Of a stretch of DNA of 64,000 bases, positions 1 to 14,027 are shown in pieces (position 1 is the stretch's first letter; every line of letters begins with the position of its first letter). Position numbers and translations under genes: made by a program. The stretch is from Proteromonas lacertae (Eukaryota), in contig NGBS01000015.1 of the NCBI GenBank assembly GCA_002245135.1, forward strand, positions 1-64,000, written 5' to 3'. The notes under the pieces were generated by a model, which saw only the letters and a program-made list of their open reading frames with translations, did not search any database and was not told the DNA's origin.

Positions 1-617
1 TATACTGTGACCAAAATCCTCCATTATCACTAACATGGGAATTATTTCAACAAACAACAACAATCAAAACAACAGCTATGTTTATATTAGTAATAGAAAA
101 AGATGGTATATTTAAAAGACTCAATGAAGATAGAATATATGATAATTTACCTTGTATTATAATCACTGGAAGAGGATTTCCTGATATATCTACTCGAGTT
201 TATTTACATTTACTCCATACAATGTTTCCTACATTACCTATCTATGGTATATGTGATTGGAATCCCTTTGGCTTGGCATTATTACTGACTTATCGATGTG
301 GCAGTGTCCATATGGGTTATGAAGCCTTTAAATATGTTGTGCCAGTTAGATGGTTAGGTTTACATTATGATGATATTGTTAAGATTAGAATACCAAAATC
401 TGCTAGAAAAGAGTTTACTAAAGAAGATAGGTCAAAAGTGAAAACTTTGTTTGAACATCAGTTTATTAAGTCTAATCCTAGTTTTTATAATGAATTAGTG
501 AAAATGAGTGAGAATGAGTTTAAAGTTGAATTAGAGGCTGTTCACTGTAGAGGACTGAGTTTTATGTCTGATAAATATATTAAAGAGAAAATTATTAATC
601 GTGACTATTATGAGTGA
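1..617 (+). CDS. SPO11-2: Spo11/topoisomerase VI subunit A, SPO11-2-like (5'-truncated by window)
   Basis: TOPRIM motifs ILVIEKDGIFKRL, IITGRGFPD, GICDWNPFG and KVELEA; GSVHMGYEAFKY resembles the SPO11-2 clade. Confidence 0.88.
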   Translation, partial: YCDQNPPLSLTWELFQQTTTIKTTAMFILVIEKDGIFKRLNEDRIYDNLPCIIITGRGFPDISTRVYLHLLHTMFPTLPIYGICDWNPFGLALLLTYRCGSVHMGYEAFKYVVPVRWLGLHYDDIVKIRIPKSARKEFTKEDRSKVKTLFEHQFIKSNPSFYNELVKMSENEFKVELEAVHCRGLSFMSDKYIKEKIINRDYYE

Positions 618-728
618 TAGAAAATTGAGAATTAATGAGATTTTTATTATTGTTTGTTTTTTTTATGTTATGGATAAATTGTAAAACATCTTGAAATTAC
701 CACTTTTTTATCATACATATAACATTAA

Positions 729-2030
729 TTAATCACTCTCAGCAAACAATTCAATTACTTTTTACTTAATATTTCTAATTAGTAAAATGTAAAAAATACA
801 TATATAATATCACTTCCATCTTTTTATCAAATTCTTATGATATATAAAGTTTTCATTCCATCATAAAATTGATTTTTGTGTTTTGGGGTATCTAAAGTTT
901 TCCGCACCATTATTTTGATATAAAGCTAACTGTAATAAATTAGTGAACATATCCCTGTTAAATGCATTATGCACTGATCAAATCAGTTAATAAACAAATT
1001 TAATATAACAAACATTAAGATTGGTGAAAAGTGCACTAACTTTATCTCAGTGAAAATTCAGTATTAATTGTTGTAATAGATAACATTAGAATTTGTATAT
1101 ATTATCCTATAATAAATAGGTTATTTTGTGTGAAACAAACTTCATTCTAATACTACATACATATATGTTTGATTAATCACTCCTTGTATATCAATTAGCA
1201 TGACATTCATTATATGTGTAAATATAATAAATAATAAATATTTTACAATCTTGTTGATACAATCTTTTAACAACATGTTCCATCCACTAGACAGCTGTTT
1301 ATCTATTGCAACCTTATTTAAGAGTTAATTAAAATATTTATTTAATCCTTAGATAAAGATGTTGATTTTATAAGATGGTTATTGACATTTAACGAAAATT
1401 TTCGTTGTCATTGTTTTTCTTAATATGAATTAACAAACAAGTATGATATATTATAAACAGAGTTGATAAAATGATTATCCAAAAAAGGATATATTTGTTG
1501 ATATAAGAGGATTGTAGTAGATTATGTGATACAACTAACAGCAGAGTTGATATACCACTTCTAAAATATTATTCCATACAAATGGAAATTTAAAGCTTGA
1601 AACAATGGTCATTGAAAGGTGAATGAGAAACATATCTACAAATATCAAGCAATAGAGATACCTTAGAGGATAAAATAGTTCATTTTGTATAGTCATTATA
1701 AAGAATCAGCTAATCTTGATTTATAATAGGGTTGTTCATAGTCTAAAGTGAAATTTAGCATTAATCCAATATACTATTATTATCTGATGTTTTAGTAGTT
1801 TTATATCGATTATCAATGAATAATCAGTGTATATTTCTATCATTCTCTATATGAATATTGCTTATCTTTTAATCCACAAATAGTCTAATGTTCCTTGAAA
1901 GAATTCAAATAGTCAAAATTCTAGTATCATGTCCTTACCTCCAATAAGGCATATAAATCCATGTATTAATTATATAAGAGTAAGAAGGTGTTAAAGTGTA
2001 ATAGAATACTAGATAAATACACATGTAATG
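729..2030 (-). pseudogene. Possible decayed protein-coding gene
   Basis: Minus strand gives protein-like fragments (PSYSYIINTWIYMPYWR, DKVSALFTNLNV, VIELFAESD*) and mini-intron remnants, broken by many stops; no ORF of 60 aa or more. Confidence 0.3.
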
Positions 2031-2553
2031 GACTATATCAAAAACTGAATAGAAATAAAGTTTAAAAACAATGATTTATATGCGATGAAAATCATCAAAT
2101 CAATTAAACCCGTTTCAAGTTTAGTAACGACAGTTTCAAACCTCAAATCAGTTTACCTGACGTTTACTAGTGTTGCACAGATGTAACATCTATATTTTGT
2201 TTTGTTTTATTTGTTATATATTAGGTTTTGTTGAGAAGTATAATCTAATTTTACAGTAGTGCACAACAAAAAAGAAATCACTTAAAAATCGTATAAATCA
2301 ACGATTTTAGGAAATAACAATACCAGTGTATGTAATTAAAAGAATAATATCATATAAAATGACATTTTTGTTTAAATTTATTTGTATGATAAGTATCTGC
2401 TTGTCAAAACTACATGAAACAATTGTCTTCTTCTTAAGCTACCTGCATTTTTCAGAAAAGAATTAAAATACACTCAATACACGTCATTTTTGTGTATTAT
2501 TATTAAAAACCAAAATGAAACTTACTTCATATTTTTTTGTTTTAAATGCAGTA

Positions 2554-3212
2554 ATGTCAAGAAAAAATATCAATGAATTTACATACGATGAAGAGAAGTA
2601 TTTAAACCAATTGGTAGAAATTGAATTTGATACACCTCCAGTTAACTGGAAGAATATCGCCTCAGAACTCAACTCTAGATTTAACGGTAACAAAACGGCT
2701 AAAGAGTGTCAAGCATATTATAGAAACAGGCTTCAACCAGGCCATCTGAAGACCAAACTCACTCCAGAAGATGAAAGTGTTCTATTATGGGCAGCTCATG
2801 AGGAAAGATCAGAAGGTAAGATTAGATGGACTGAAATAGCTAAATTTTTTCCTAGCAGGTATTTTTTAGAAGTGTAAATCGAATAGACAACCCCGTTTTC
2901 TTCAAAACTGGTATAAAGACCATCTTAAAAAAGTATTTTTTTTATATATGCTATATATAGAATCCGCTTGTCAATCCTCACAGGTAATTAAATATCTATA
3001 TAATGAAATAGAATTCCTACAATTTTTGATGGTTTATCTCCCTCAGAAATTAGAAATATAACCGAATCAACTGTATATGGTGTTATTGCTAACATTTATA
3101 GAAAAGAATCGTTGATGAAGTGCCAATTATCATATCTGATGAAGATAATCTAAGACATAGAAAATTATTATTGCAACTCCTTTCTAATATGAATGAGAAT
3201 GTAGATGAATAG
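2554..3212 (+). CDS. Myb/SANT-domain protein (multi-exon)
   Basis: FTYDEEKYL..NWKNIA..KTAKECQAYYRNRLQP..LTPEDESVL..RWTEIAKFFPSR are two Myb repeats; manual splicing ends NENVDE* at 3212. Confidence 0.8.
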
Positions 3213-3445
3213 AGGTAATTATACAGATTTAAAGGATCAAACATATCATTACTCTCAATGATAATCAATTTTAAAATGTAAATAATCCATATTTTTGTGA
3301 ATAAATGATGTTGACATGAATTATGTGTTTGATAAAAACCTCAAATTCAAAAATATATAAGCTCGATTATTAGTTTGACTATTCACAAATGTTTTGCTTA
3401 AATATTCTTGCAGATGATGTATTATGCTCAATATATCCTTCTAAT

Positions 3446-6400
3446 ATGCAAGTATTTTGATGGTTTATTTTTTATAGATAAAAGAGAGAGTAGAAAGAAA
3501 TAGAAATGAAGTAGATTTTGTTGTAGGAGATGAAAATGATGTTAGAGTAATAAAAATTTTAAATGTAGTAGGGATAAAAGAAAAAAAGATATTAGAATAC
3601 TGTGAGAATAGTTTTTTGCTGTTAGATGGATGTTTATTCTTTATCTACAATCCTAAAGCAATATGTGTGAATAAATGTAGTAAATATATGATATTGGAGA
3701 GAGAATTTTACGAAAAAGATTTAGAAGCAGTAATTAATAGTAAATTATTATTAAGAAGTGATATGTATAAAATAATTAGTTCATTATGCCATATTCTAAT
3801 GATATTGAGTGAATATGATGTAGTAGTTAGAAATTTAAAGAGTTCTAACATAATATATGAAGAAGACGGTGAAATAAAGTTATGTGATTTATTCTTGAAT
3901 GAAATTAGAAAAGAATGTGATATGAGAGTATATGACGTGTGTTTCAAAAGCCCTGAGGAATTGAATGGATATGAATGTAATGATCGAAGTGTGATTTGGT
4001 CAATTGGATGTATATTATATGAAATGATAAACAAGAGATTCCCTTTTTATGAATATAATAATATTAATAAAACAAAAGAAAATATTCTGAAATGTAAATA
4101 TTTTGTTGATATAAGTAGTGATAGTTTGATAAAAGAGATGATAGAAAGAATGTTAAAAGTAAATAGTAAAGATAGACTGAATTTAACAGAGTTGAGAAAA
4201 GAGATGATAAAGATGATAGAAATACTAAAAGATGGTGATAATAAATTAATGATTTGTAGTAAAAAAAAATAGAAATATTATTCAATAATGATTATTTTAT
4301 AGAAATTTCCCCATTTATTGATGTCCAATCAAAGTATTATCTCGAATGTAACAAGTGGGAAGAATTAAGAGACAGTTTTATTGGCTTATACAATAATAAA
4401 CCAAATGAAAAAATATCAGCAATATTATTGATGATGAAATTATACAATGGAGATGAATCAATAAAAAAGAGACTGAAATTTCAAATATATCTCAAATTTA
4501 AAGAAAATGGGGGAAAATGTTATTTAGATGAAATGATGTTTAACATTGCTACTTATGATGAGGAAATTACAATTAATAAAATAAGTCTTTGTTTATGTAA
4601 AAAGGGAATGAATTATTTGTTTAGAATATTGAAACTAATCAATCCAACAAAACTTAGATTCTGTATTTTTCCAATATTTTATATTTCTATAGTTGAAGTT
4701 GATATTCCAATCCAACAACAGTCGTTATTTGGATCATATTTTTCTCATTTATCAAATCTACAAAAACTGGATGTGTATGATCATCATCTTACTTATCATT
4801 TTATTGAATCATTTGTAAAATCAATTCCATTGATGAGATTAAAGTATATAAAACTTCATGGTATATTTTACTCTCTATTATATTATTCTGTAATAGATAA
4901 TTCAATAGGTCCAAAAGGGTTGAAATTATTACTTTCATATTTACATTTATTAATCAACAAAGAATATGAATTAGATCTTCATGGAATGAATTTAAATGAT
5001 GAATCTATGATATTATTATCAGAAGAATTATATAAATTTCCAAATATTAAGAGAATAAATATGAGAAACAACAAGAATATTCATTCTGTTGGATTTAAAG
5101 CTTTATTCTCCAAATATCCAATTTCACAGAAAAAGTAAAGAATTATTGATTGATAAACACATATCGGAATTAGTTAATTATGATAAGTGTATGAATCTGA
5201 TGAATTTGGATATTGATGATAATTATTTCAAATCATTTATATCATTAAGGTCAAATGAATTAAGAGAAATACAAATTTTGGCTTTGAGTAGTATAATTTG
5301 AAGTTTTAATATGATGTTTAGATAATATATTAACTATTAAAAGTGTTGAACTGTTGATTAGCAATTTATCTTCATTTTCAAGTTTAGAATGTGTTTTATT
5401 GGATGGAATTGAAATAGGAGATGAAGGACTGAATATCTTATTTCCTCATTTATCAATACTAAATATTAAAGGTAATATACTTTGTAGAAGTATAAAATCC
5501 ATAATTGTTTTAATAAATAGATATGGGATTATCTTCAGATGGATTAAAATATTTGTTGGATAGTATAAAGAATATTCATGAAAACATCAAGCTTCGTATA
5601 AATGGAAATAATATAGATTCAGAAAGAATAGAATATTTGATGGATTATATGAACGTGAATGATAATTTAGAAACGATAATCCTCCACAGTATTGCATTTA
5701 CTTATTAATCTTCTAATAGATAATCCAATAGGCAATACTGGATTTAAATTATTGTTAAGCAATCTACATATGTTATTAGAATTTAGTGAAATAGATTTGA
5801 GTAATATCTCAATAGATGATGAAAGTGTAATATTATTAGCAAATAAATTAGATTCATTTAAAAGATGTGAAAAAATAAATCTAAATGGAAATAATATCAG
5901 AATGAATGGATTAAAATCAATTTGTTCAAAATCATTAGAAAATGAGAAATATCCTTTTATACAAATGAATAATTCATCATGGACAAATGAAGAGTTGGAA
6001 TATTATTTGAATTACTGTATTGAAAAGAAATTATATAGAGATTATGATTTATCAAGTATAGAATCTGTGTTTATAGCAAAATAGATATGAAAATTAATAA
6101 TTCTCATATATCGCTGATTAAGCAGATTGATTGTTGGAGAGTTGATTTATCCAATAATAAAATCACTTCAAAAGGATTAAAAGAATTAATGGATTCTTTA
6201 CAACAAAATAATAGTTATATTTCTATATTTAATAATCCAATTGAAGATGATGGAATAGACATAATATGTAAGTATTTAAAAATGTTTATTGATTTATTTC
6301 ACTCATTAAATCTTTCAAGTATTATATGAATATAATTGTATTATTTGAATAGATACTGGAATGAGTGAAAAAGGATTAAAAAAGTTAATAAAAAGACTAA

Positions 6401-6639
6401 AAGGTTATTCACCTATTAAAGAGATATATTTATCAGGAAATGAGTTAAGTGAAGAAGAATTGAGATTAATGAAAGAAAATCAAGAAGTGTTTGATTGTTT
6501 AATAGAGTTATCAATTACTGTAAAAGATGATATAGATAAATCAGAATTAAAATCATTTTTAGAAACATTTTCAACAATTGGAATAATCGAAATAGATGGA
6601 ATATTAAAAGAAGAAAAGAAAGAATTATCAAAAAAATAA
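3446..6639 (+). CDS. NEK-like pseudokinase fused to RI-type leucine-rich repeats (multi-exon)
   Basis: VVRNLKSSNII, KLCDLFL, FKSPEE, IWSIGCILYEM, then LxLxxNxIxxxG repeats; one +1 frameshift near 5110. Confidence 0.78.
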
Positions 6640-6745
6640 TATAACATAGAATGATTTATTAAATTAGTTATAAACCAGTTTAATTATTGTTTTTTGTTAT
6701 AAATTGAAAAAAACTAAAATAAAAGAAAGAATTAATAATTTTCAT

Positions 6746-9700
6746 TTATATTTTAACTTCTTTTTCAATGTTTTTATCTTCATCTTCTTTACCAGTTATT
6801 GGAATTTTTCTTAATACAGACTGAGATCTACTTCTTCTTCTGAATATTCCAGTTCTTAATAAACAGAATACTACTATCACTATAATAATTAATCCACCTG
6901 CTACAGATCCAACAGCTATTCCAGCTATGGCTCCACTACTTGTTTCACATTCACTTTCATCAACTACACTCCATACACCTTTATTATCATCAGTTAATAA
7001 ACATTTTCTTCTCTTCATTCCACTTTTTGCTCCTCCACATTTTATCATTACTTCTTTTCCTCCTTTTTCAGCTGGGGTTCTTGGAAATCCAGAATCAGAT
7101 TCACAATATATTGCTTCAAATTCGATCTCTACTTCCACAGTCTCAATCTCTACAGATGGAGGATTTCTTATAGTGAAAGTATATTTTGTCTTTTCTACAT
7201 ATTCTGATGGTAATCCATATATTTCTCCAGATTTAGAATCTAATGATAAGCCTTTAGGTAATTTAGGATTTACTGAGATTTCAAGATTTGTTCCAACTGC
7301 AATAAACAAATATACTGATTTTAGTGCTTCACCAAATTTGAATTTTATATTAGATACTTTTGTTGATGGAATAATAACAGGATTATTAGGAATTGATGAA
7401 ATTAACATGAAAGTAAATGAAACTTGTTTTCCACTTCCACTGATTAAAATTGTGGTATTTACTGAATTAAAACTATTAGATATATATCCACTTATTCTTC
7501 CACTAGATGAATCAAATTTCAATGTCGACGATGGAAGATTAGGTATTATTGAATAAACTAAATTCTTTCCTGTTACTCTACCTAATTCTAATCCATCATA
7601 TTCTTTTCCACCTTCGATTATTATACTGTCATTATGTGTAATTATTACTGGTTCTACAGATTCTTCGACATTTATTGTGATTGGATTAGATATTTCGCCA
7701 TTTTCATTGTAACATTTGAATGTATATGATTTACTACTTGGTGGTTCAGTATTTACTTTTCCACTTATCATTCCACTATTTTCATCAAATTTTAATCCTT
7801 CAGGTAATGCTGGATCAATTGAATATAATATAGTCTTTGCAACACATTGATATGGTTGAATATCATCATAAATCATCCCAAATATCATTTTCACTTCTTT
7901 CTCATATTTTATATTATTAGGTTTCATTGGTAATGTTACATTCATTTCAATTGTTATATCAACATAATCTAAATTATTTGAAGCTGTGAATTTACTTCTC
8001 ATGGAACTTTCTTCAATCACCATTCCAGATATTAATCCACTCTTTTGGTCTAAACTCAATCCATTTGGCAATTCATCTACTTTATATTCAACATTTTCAC
8101 CTATCACATAAAATAATTTCAATTCTTTATATTCTTTACCAGCATCTAATATCACTGATTCATTACTCCAAATCATTATTGGATTCTTTGTGGGTAAAAC
8201 AGTTATGGATATTTCAATTGTTAAACCATCACCACCTGAATATGGATTAGTAGCTTTGAAATAAACTAGTTTTGATGATTCTTCAATATATGGTTGACCA
8301 GATATTAAACCAGTTGAATTATCTATTCTTAAGCCACTTATTTCAGTAACCATTGAATAGAATATATCTTTTCCTGAAACTGTGAATAATCTCACTTTCT
8401 CATAAAAATCACCTGCTTTGAATGTATAAGATGTTTCTTTACTAATTAAAGATGGACTTTCATCACAACTATTTTCTATTTCGCTCCAAGATTTATCATT
8501 ATTACAGTATAATGTTCGATTTCCTGATAATTCTGACCTTTTACAACCAATTGTTATTTCTGTCCCAGTTGCAGTTTCTGGTATATCTTCAACTGCTTTA
8601 CAATATCTTATTGGACATAAATGGAAGTTTATATCGTAAACATCAAGGTAAGCACCAATTTCTCCTACTTTTGTTATATTAAATCTAATTGCTGAATACA
8701 TAACAGTTGTAGTATAATTAGTAAAGACTTTCTTTAAATTTGTTGGATATGTTATATCAACAAAAGAGCCTATAGTATTCCATTGTGAATTATAATATCC
8801 TTCTACTGAAAAATCTTTTGGACCACCTCTTACAGAATAAGCATTAATACTAAACTGATTGAAATATGTATGATAATGATCTTTATATCTCATTATGGCC
8901 CAACTAGGAATAGTATCTGTAAACCATTCTGAATTAGGATTTTCATCAAAACCATAAGCAGCATGATAATAATTAGATACTGTATTTGTTTCAGTTACTC
9001 TTTTAGCATATTTATTCAGAATTAAACAATCTTCTTTACTTCCTGTTATTCTTAATAAAGATGAACTTATTTCAGGGAAATTGGTTTCTCCATTGAATTT
9101 GTGTAATTCCATTGAGATTTCAACTACATTCTCTTCTAACCATACAATTGGTAAAATAAATACTTCATCTGTTATAAAATCATATCGATTATTTGCCATT
9201 GTTGAAGGAGATATCTCACCATTTGGTAAATTATTTCGGAATATTTCTCTTCCATTCACTTTTATTATTATTCCACTTATATAACTCACTTTTAAAGCAA
9301 AGGCATTATATTTATCTATATCACTAAATCTGTCTATTTTTCTTATATAAATCACATTTCCAGATACTTTGTTTATTTCTGATAATTTCGATTTTGACCA
9401 TGTTGAATGTTCAGCATTTGGATTATCCCAACCATCTTCATATTGGATTGAATTTTCCCATTCTGTAATATAATCATAATCTGATGTGGAATGAAAACTC
9501 TTTTCTAGTTTTGCTACAGAAGAAGCTAATACTGTTCTATCAACAGGAATATCATCTACTAATACATCAATAAAACCATTTCCATAAGATGAAGAACTTG
9601 ATCTATAAACAGCTGTATATTCATCTTTTGATAAACAATAATCATATTTATAAATATAACCTTCATCCCATCCTTCATCTGATCCTTTCAGTTCAACTAT

Positions 9701-12700
9701 TGCAGTTTTATTTTCATTATCCATTTCAGATGTTTTATAAAGACTAAATCCCCATTCATCTGGACTTGTACTTATACTTCCATTCACATGAATACTTATC
9801 ATTGATTTGCTTTGCTTAAAACATAACTGATTCATTGTTTCACCATAAAATGTTAAATTGAAATATTTTGGTGTTCCTCCATTCATATTTGATCCTTTTA
9901 TCTTATATAGTTGTTTTGGTGATTCTTCTGTCACTTTACCTGTTATTGCACAATTTGTTGTATTAAAATGTAAAAATGAAGGTAATTCTGGAGATATTTC
10001 ACAATAATCTAACAATTTTATCTGTGGTATTATTTTCACTTCATCATTTAAATAAAACTCAACTTTTGTACTTTTAGGATAGTCTATAATTGGTTTTTTT
10101 GGAACAGTATTTATATTAAATGTTTTTGATTTATAACGTTGTAATTCTGCTCTATCAGCTAATTTTCCATCAGTATAAAAATCAAAGTAAAAACTTCCAT
10201 CTCCTTTTTGAAAGTCATTAGCATAAAATTTATAATCTCCAGGAATTAAACATATAACAGGAAAATATAAAGGAAGTGGTCCTGCTGGAATTGTATATTC
10301 AACTATTATTTTTCCATTTGTATTTTCAATATCAGTATCAATATATCCAGTTCTTGGATTTATTGTATCAACTACTTCTACAAAATGAGGTTTATATTCA
10401 CCTGAACATCCACTTATCGCATTTGTCACAATTTTGGTACTTACAAATTCAGTATTGGAATAATAAGCTCGAATTTCCAATGTATAATTTGTTAAATATT
10501 CAGTTGCAACAGCTGTTATTCTTCCTGTATATTTATCATATGTAAAGCCACCAGAAACAACTGGTAATTCATAATAAATCACAGAACCACTATCAACACT
10601 TATCAATAAATGACTTTCATTTCCAATAAACAAATTCAATTCAGTTATTGATGTTCCTTCATTATCTAAATCTTTTATATGTAATCCTTGAGGTTTAGTA
10701 TCTCCTATCACTTTTATAGATATTGTGGCATTTACTGTTGAGCCATCTTCTAATTTACCACTTATCACATAGGATGATATATCTTGAACTGTTGTTGGTC
10801 TTCCACGAATTGTACAACCAGATAATTCTAAACCAGGAGGTAAACTAGGTTCAGATATACATTCATTTATTTCTTTGTTTCCTTCGATAAATGGAATATT
10901 GTCAGATATTCGATTATTCACTATATAAACTGCATAACTAACTCGATATTCAAAATCACCTCTTGGAACAAAATATAAATTACCTGTCAAATATTTATAT
11001 TCATTATCTATCTCATTCTTATATAACAGTTTTATTCCACTTCCTCCTACATTCTTCATATAATTCACTCTTATGAAGTGATATCCTTCACTTAAGTATT
11101 TTGTTCCTGTTTTGCAACTCCAATCATGAATTCCTTTGTGATTTATTACTTCGACATAATCAATAAATAACCAAGATCCTTGAACTGAGGTTAAATTGAA
11201 TGTATAATTTCCAGATGATTCTATCTTTAAATATCCTTCCCAATTTACTCCAAATTCACTGGCAAAATTGGGAGTTAAACCATCCCAGATTGATTGGATT
11301 GGATTATATTCTTCATTTATCTCATCTTCTAATCGAAGTATTTCAGTTTTAACACCTTCACTTGAAGGAGTATAAGGAATTGAACAACTTGTATCAAAAT
11401 CATCAGATTTAAGATAATAAACAACTATTCCTTTTACATATTTATCAACTACATCAACAAATAAAAATACCATATTGGTTGTGGATGTTTCAGTTGAACA
11501 TTTTACTGTTAATCGAAGAAGACCAACACGATTAACTTGTCCTTTCAATATATTCTTTGTTATATCAGCTGTTATTTCATTATTTCCTGTTATACATTCA
11601 CTTGCTAATCCTCTTTCTATTTTGAATGGAATTTCAAAATATGAATTGATTGGCATTGTATAATATTGACTATCAAATGTCAAATAAGAAACAACATCAT
11701 ATTTAGCTAATGATTGATAATATTGAATGGATTGTTCTTCTGTTTCACCTGGTATTTTCCATTTTAACAAAAATTTATAAGAAGCGTAATCTTGCATTTT
11801 TACACAATTATAATCACAACATTCTTCTTGTCTATATGCATAATGACCAACTATCTTGATTGAATGATAACCAGATGTTAAATTCATTGAAGTTGTTTTA
11901 TCTGATTCTTCCCATATACTACATACAGTATTACATTGATGAGAACCTTGATTATAGCTACGACCATTCTCTTTTATTATAGTTAATGCTGTATCAATAT
12001 ATATTCTGTATGTTGTAAAATCTGAATTCTGATGGAATGTATAACTACCTGTTTTCGGAGCATATATAGCTCCTTCCATTGTATAATTCCAATGTTTTAC
12101 ATTATTAGCTGTTAAAAATCCATCCAATTTTTCATCCCAAACAGAATAAGGCATCATTTCCATCTAATCCATCTAAATTGTCTAATATTGTTGTTTTACT
12201 GTTAAAAATTGTTTTAATGTAGAAAGAATAACCACATGTGAAGGTATTTACATCATCCACTCTCACATTTAAACCTGATTTTATAACTTTATCAGTTCTT
12301 GAGATTATAATTGAAGTTGAAGTTGTGCTTTTACCAGCTGGATTTTCAGCATTTATTGTTACTCTATTATTGTTATATAACATTAAATATATACGTTATT
12401 GGATCTTCTGGAGGTGGTAATTCATCAATTTGTAGTATTCCATCAGTTGATATTGAAATTGGATATGAACCAGCTGGATTAAAACTAATTGACCAACTTT
12501 TCACTTTTTTATCACTTTTACAGGGGAAATAATCGGTTATAATGGCAGAAATGTATAATTCCATTAATCCACAAGTTAAACGTGGTTGGAATATCCCAAA
12601 CTACACAATAAATTCACAAAATATACTTTTCATTTCGATAGAAGCTGTCATCATCGAACCATCAGATGACTTTAAGGTAACGGTATAATTTGCTTGATAT

Positions 12701-12957
12701 TGCTCTTGAGGAGTACCACTAATCACTCCACTTGTTTGATCTAAAGAGAGACCTTTACTCAATAAAGGGGAAATTGAGAATGTCCCACCTTCTAGAGTCA
12801 TATTTGGTTGGTTTGGAGTGATTTCTTTACCTACAACATAATCTGGTTTTGAATTTCCATAACTGAAGGAATCTTGTGCATTTGAGTGAGTTAAACATAA
12901 AACTATATGGATTTAATAAAAGAATATACAAATAATTAGGAGTATTATCTTTTTCAT
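6746..12957 (-). CDS. Large type I membrane surface protein with PA14, putative-Ig and discoidin-like domains
   Basis: Signal MKKIILLII; PA14-like FGVNWEGYLKIESSGNYTF; repeated LPxGLxLDxxSGxISG; C-terminal TM helix GAIAGIAVG..CLL with basic tail; frameshift near 12150. Confidence 0.82.
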
Positions 12958-13180
12958 TATGAGATTTTTCGTTTTTATGTCAATCGTCATTTAAAAAATA
13001 ATAAGATCTAAGGTAATGTTTGTGTTAGATAATTCTTAATGAGAGTAATGCTGATGATATTTTTATGATAGATAAGCAGAATAAAGTAATCTCATTTTGT
13101 TATTAGTTTGTAACACTATTATTTATTCAATAGAAGTAAAAAAATTAGTTATAAGAGAAAGTATAGTCATTCAATATTAA

Positions 13181-13976
13181 TTAGGAATTTTGTTTATATC
13201 TGGAGTATGTTGCTTCAATTTCTTTGAAAGATTTCAAATCAAACACTTTATAATCCTCACATATATTTCCTAGATCATCAACATAATATGCATTTTTAGA
13301 TCCTTCAGCTTTTAAAGCTTCTAAATAATCTGTTTTTAATACATCAATAGTAAATTCCATTTGAATCACTAAATCTCTTGCTTCTTCACATCCTTCCATA
13401 TAGTTCATATCAACAAAAACATCAGGAATGTTTTTACAGCCTGCTTTTGTAAGAAGATTCTTTGTATAATCTGTTGCATAAACTCCTGATTTTGAATCTC
13501 TTAATTGTTTCACACTTATTAAAGTGTTTTCTTTATTATCTTTTCTTATCATATCAAATTCATATCGGAATATCAATCGATCACCACCTTCAGATGTGAT
13601 ATTACCTACTCCAACAAATGTATTGTTACTTTCATAAAATGATTCAATTATATGAGTATCATCATAGTCCTCTGCATTATGAAGTTCTGCTCCTAAATAA
13701 AATGGAATTGGATATAAAGCCTTTTCGTTGGCTTTTATATGGCAATGATGTAACTTTGACATTCTTTCTTTAAGATTCTTTGAGTAATGATATAACAATC
13801 CCATAGATTTATCATTTCTTAAATTATCATGCTGATAACTATGATGGTGGTGATGTAACATCTTAGAATTTTGAGCTTATCTCATTAGAAACAGCTCCAG
13901 CGAAACTTGATATAGTAATAATGCCTATACAAATTGTAATTTATCAGACTATACACAATAAAGCCAAGATTTTCAT
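13181..13976 (-). CDS. Hypothetical secreted protein with His-rich patch
   Basis: 226-aa ORF plus upstream MKILALL exon and mini-intron; family not recognised. Confidence 0.55.
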
Positions 13977-14027
13977 TTCAAAATGAAAATACACTTTAAA
14001 ACGAATATATTTTTATTTTGTATTGGA

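Noticed and set aside
651..658. TGTTTGTT after SPO11 (also 52011-52018), suggesting Blastocystis-type stop codons made by polyadenylation
   Set aside because: Both genes, and the others I checked, have genome-encoded stops; the motif may still be a 3'-processing element.
3616..6639. Fragmented ORFs as evidence of stop-codon reassignment
   Set aside because: Breaks coincide with GT-AG mini-introns or single-base insertions, and TAA, TAG and TGA each terminate conserved genes.
6927..11663. Plus-strand ORFs within the surface-protein gene, and similar antisense ORFs over GAPDH, NFX1 and others
   Set aside because: Shadow ORFs of real genes on the opposite strand.
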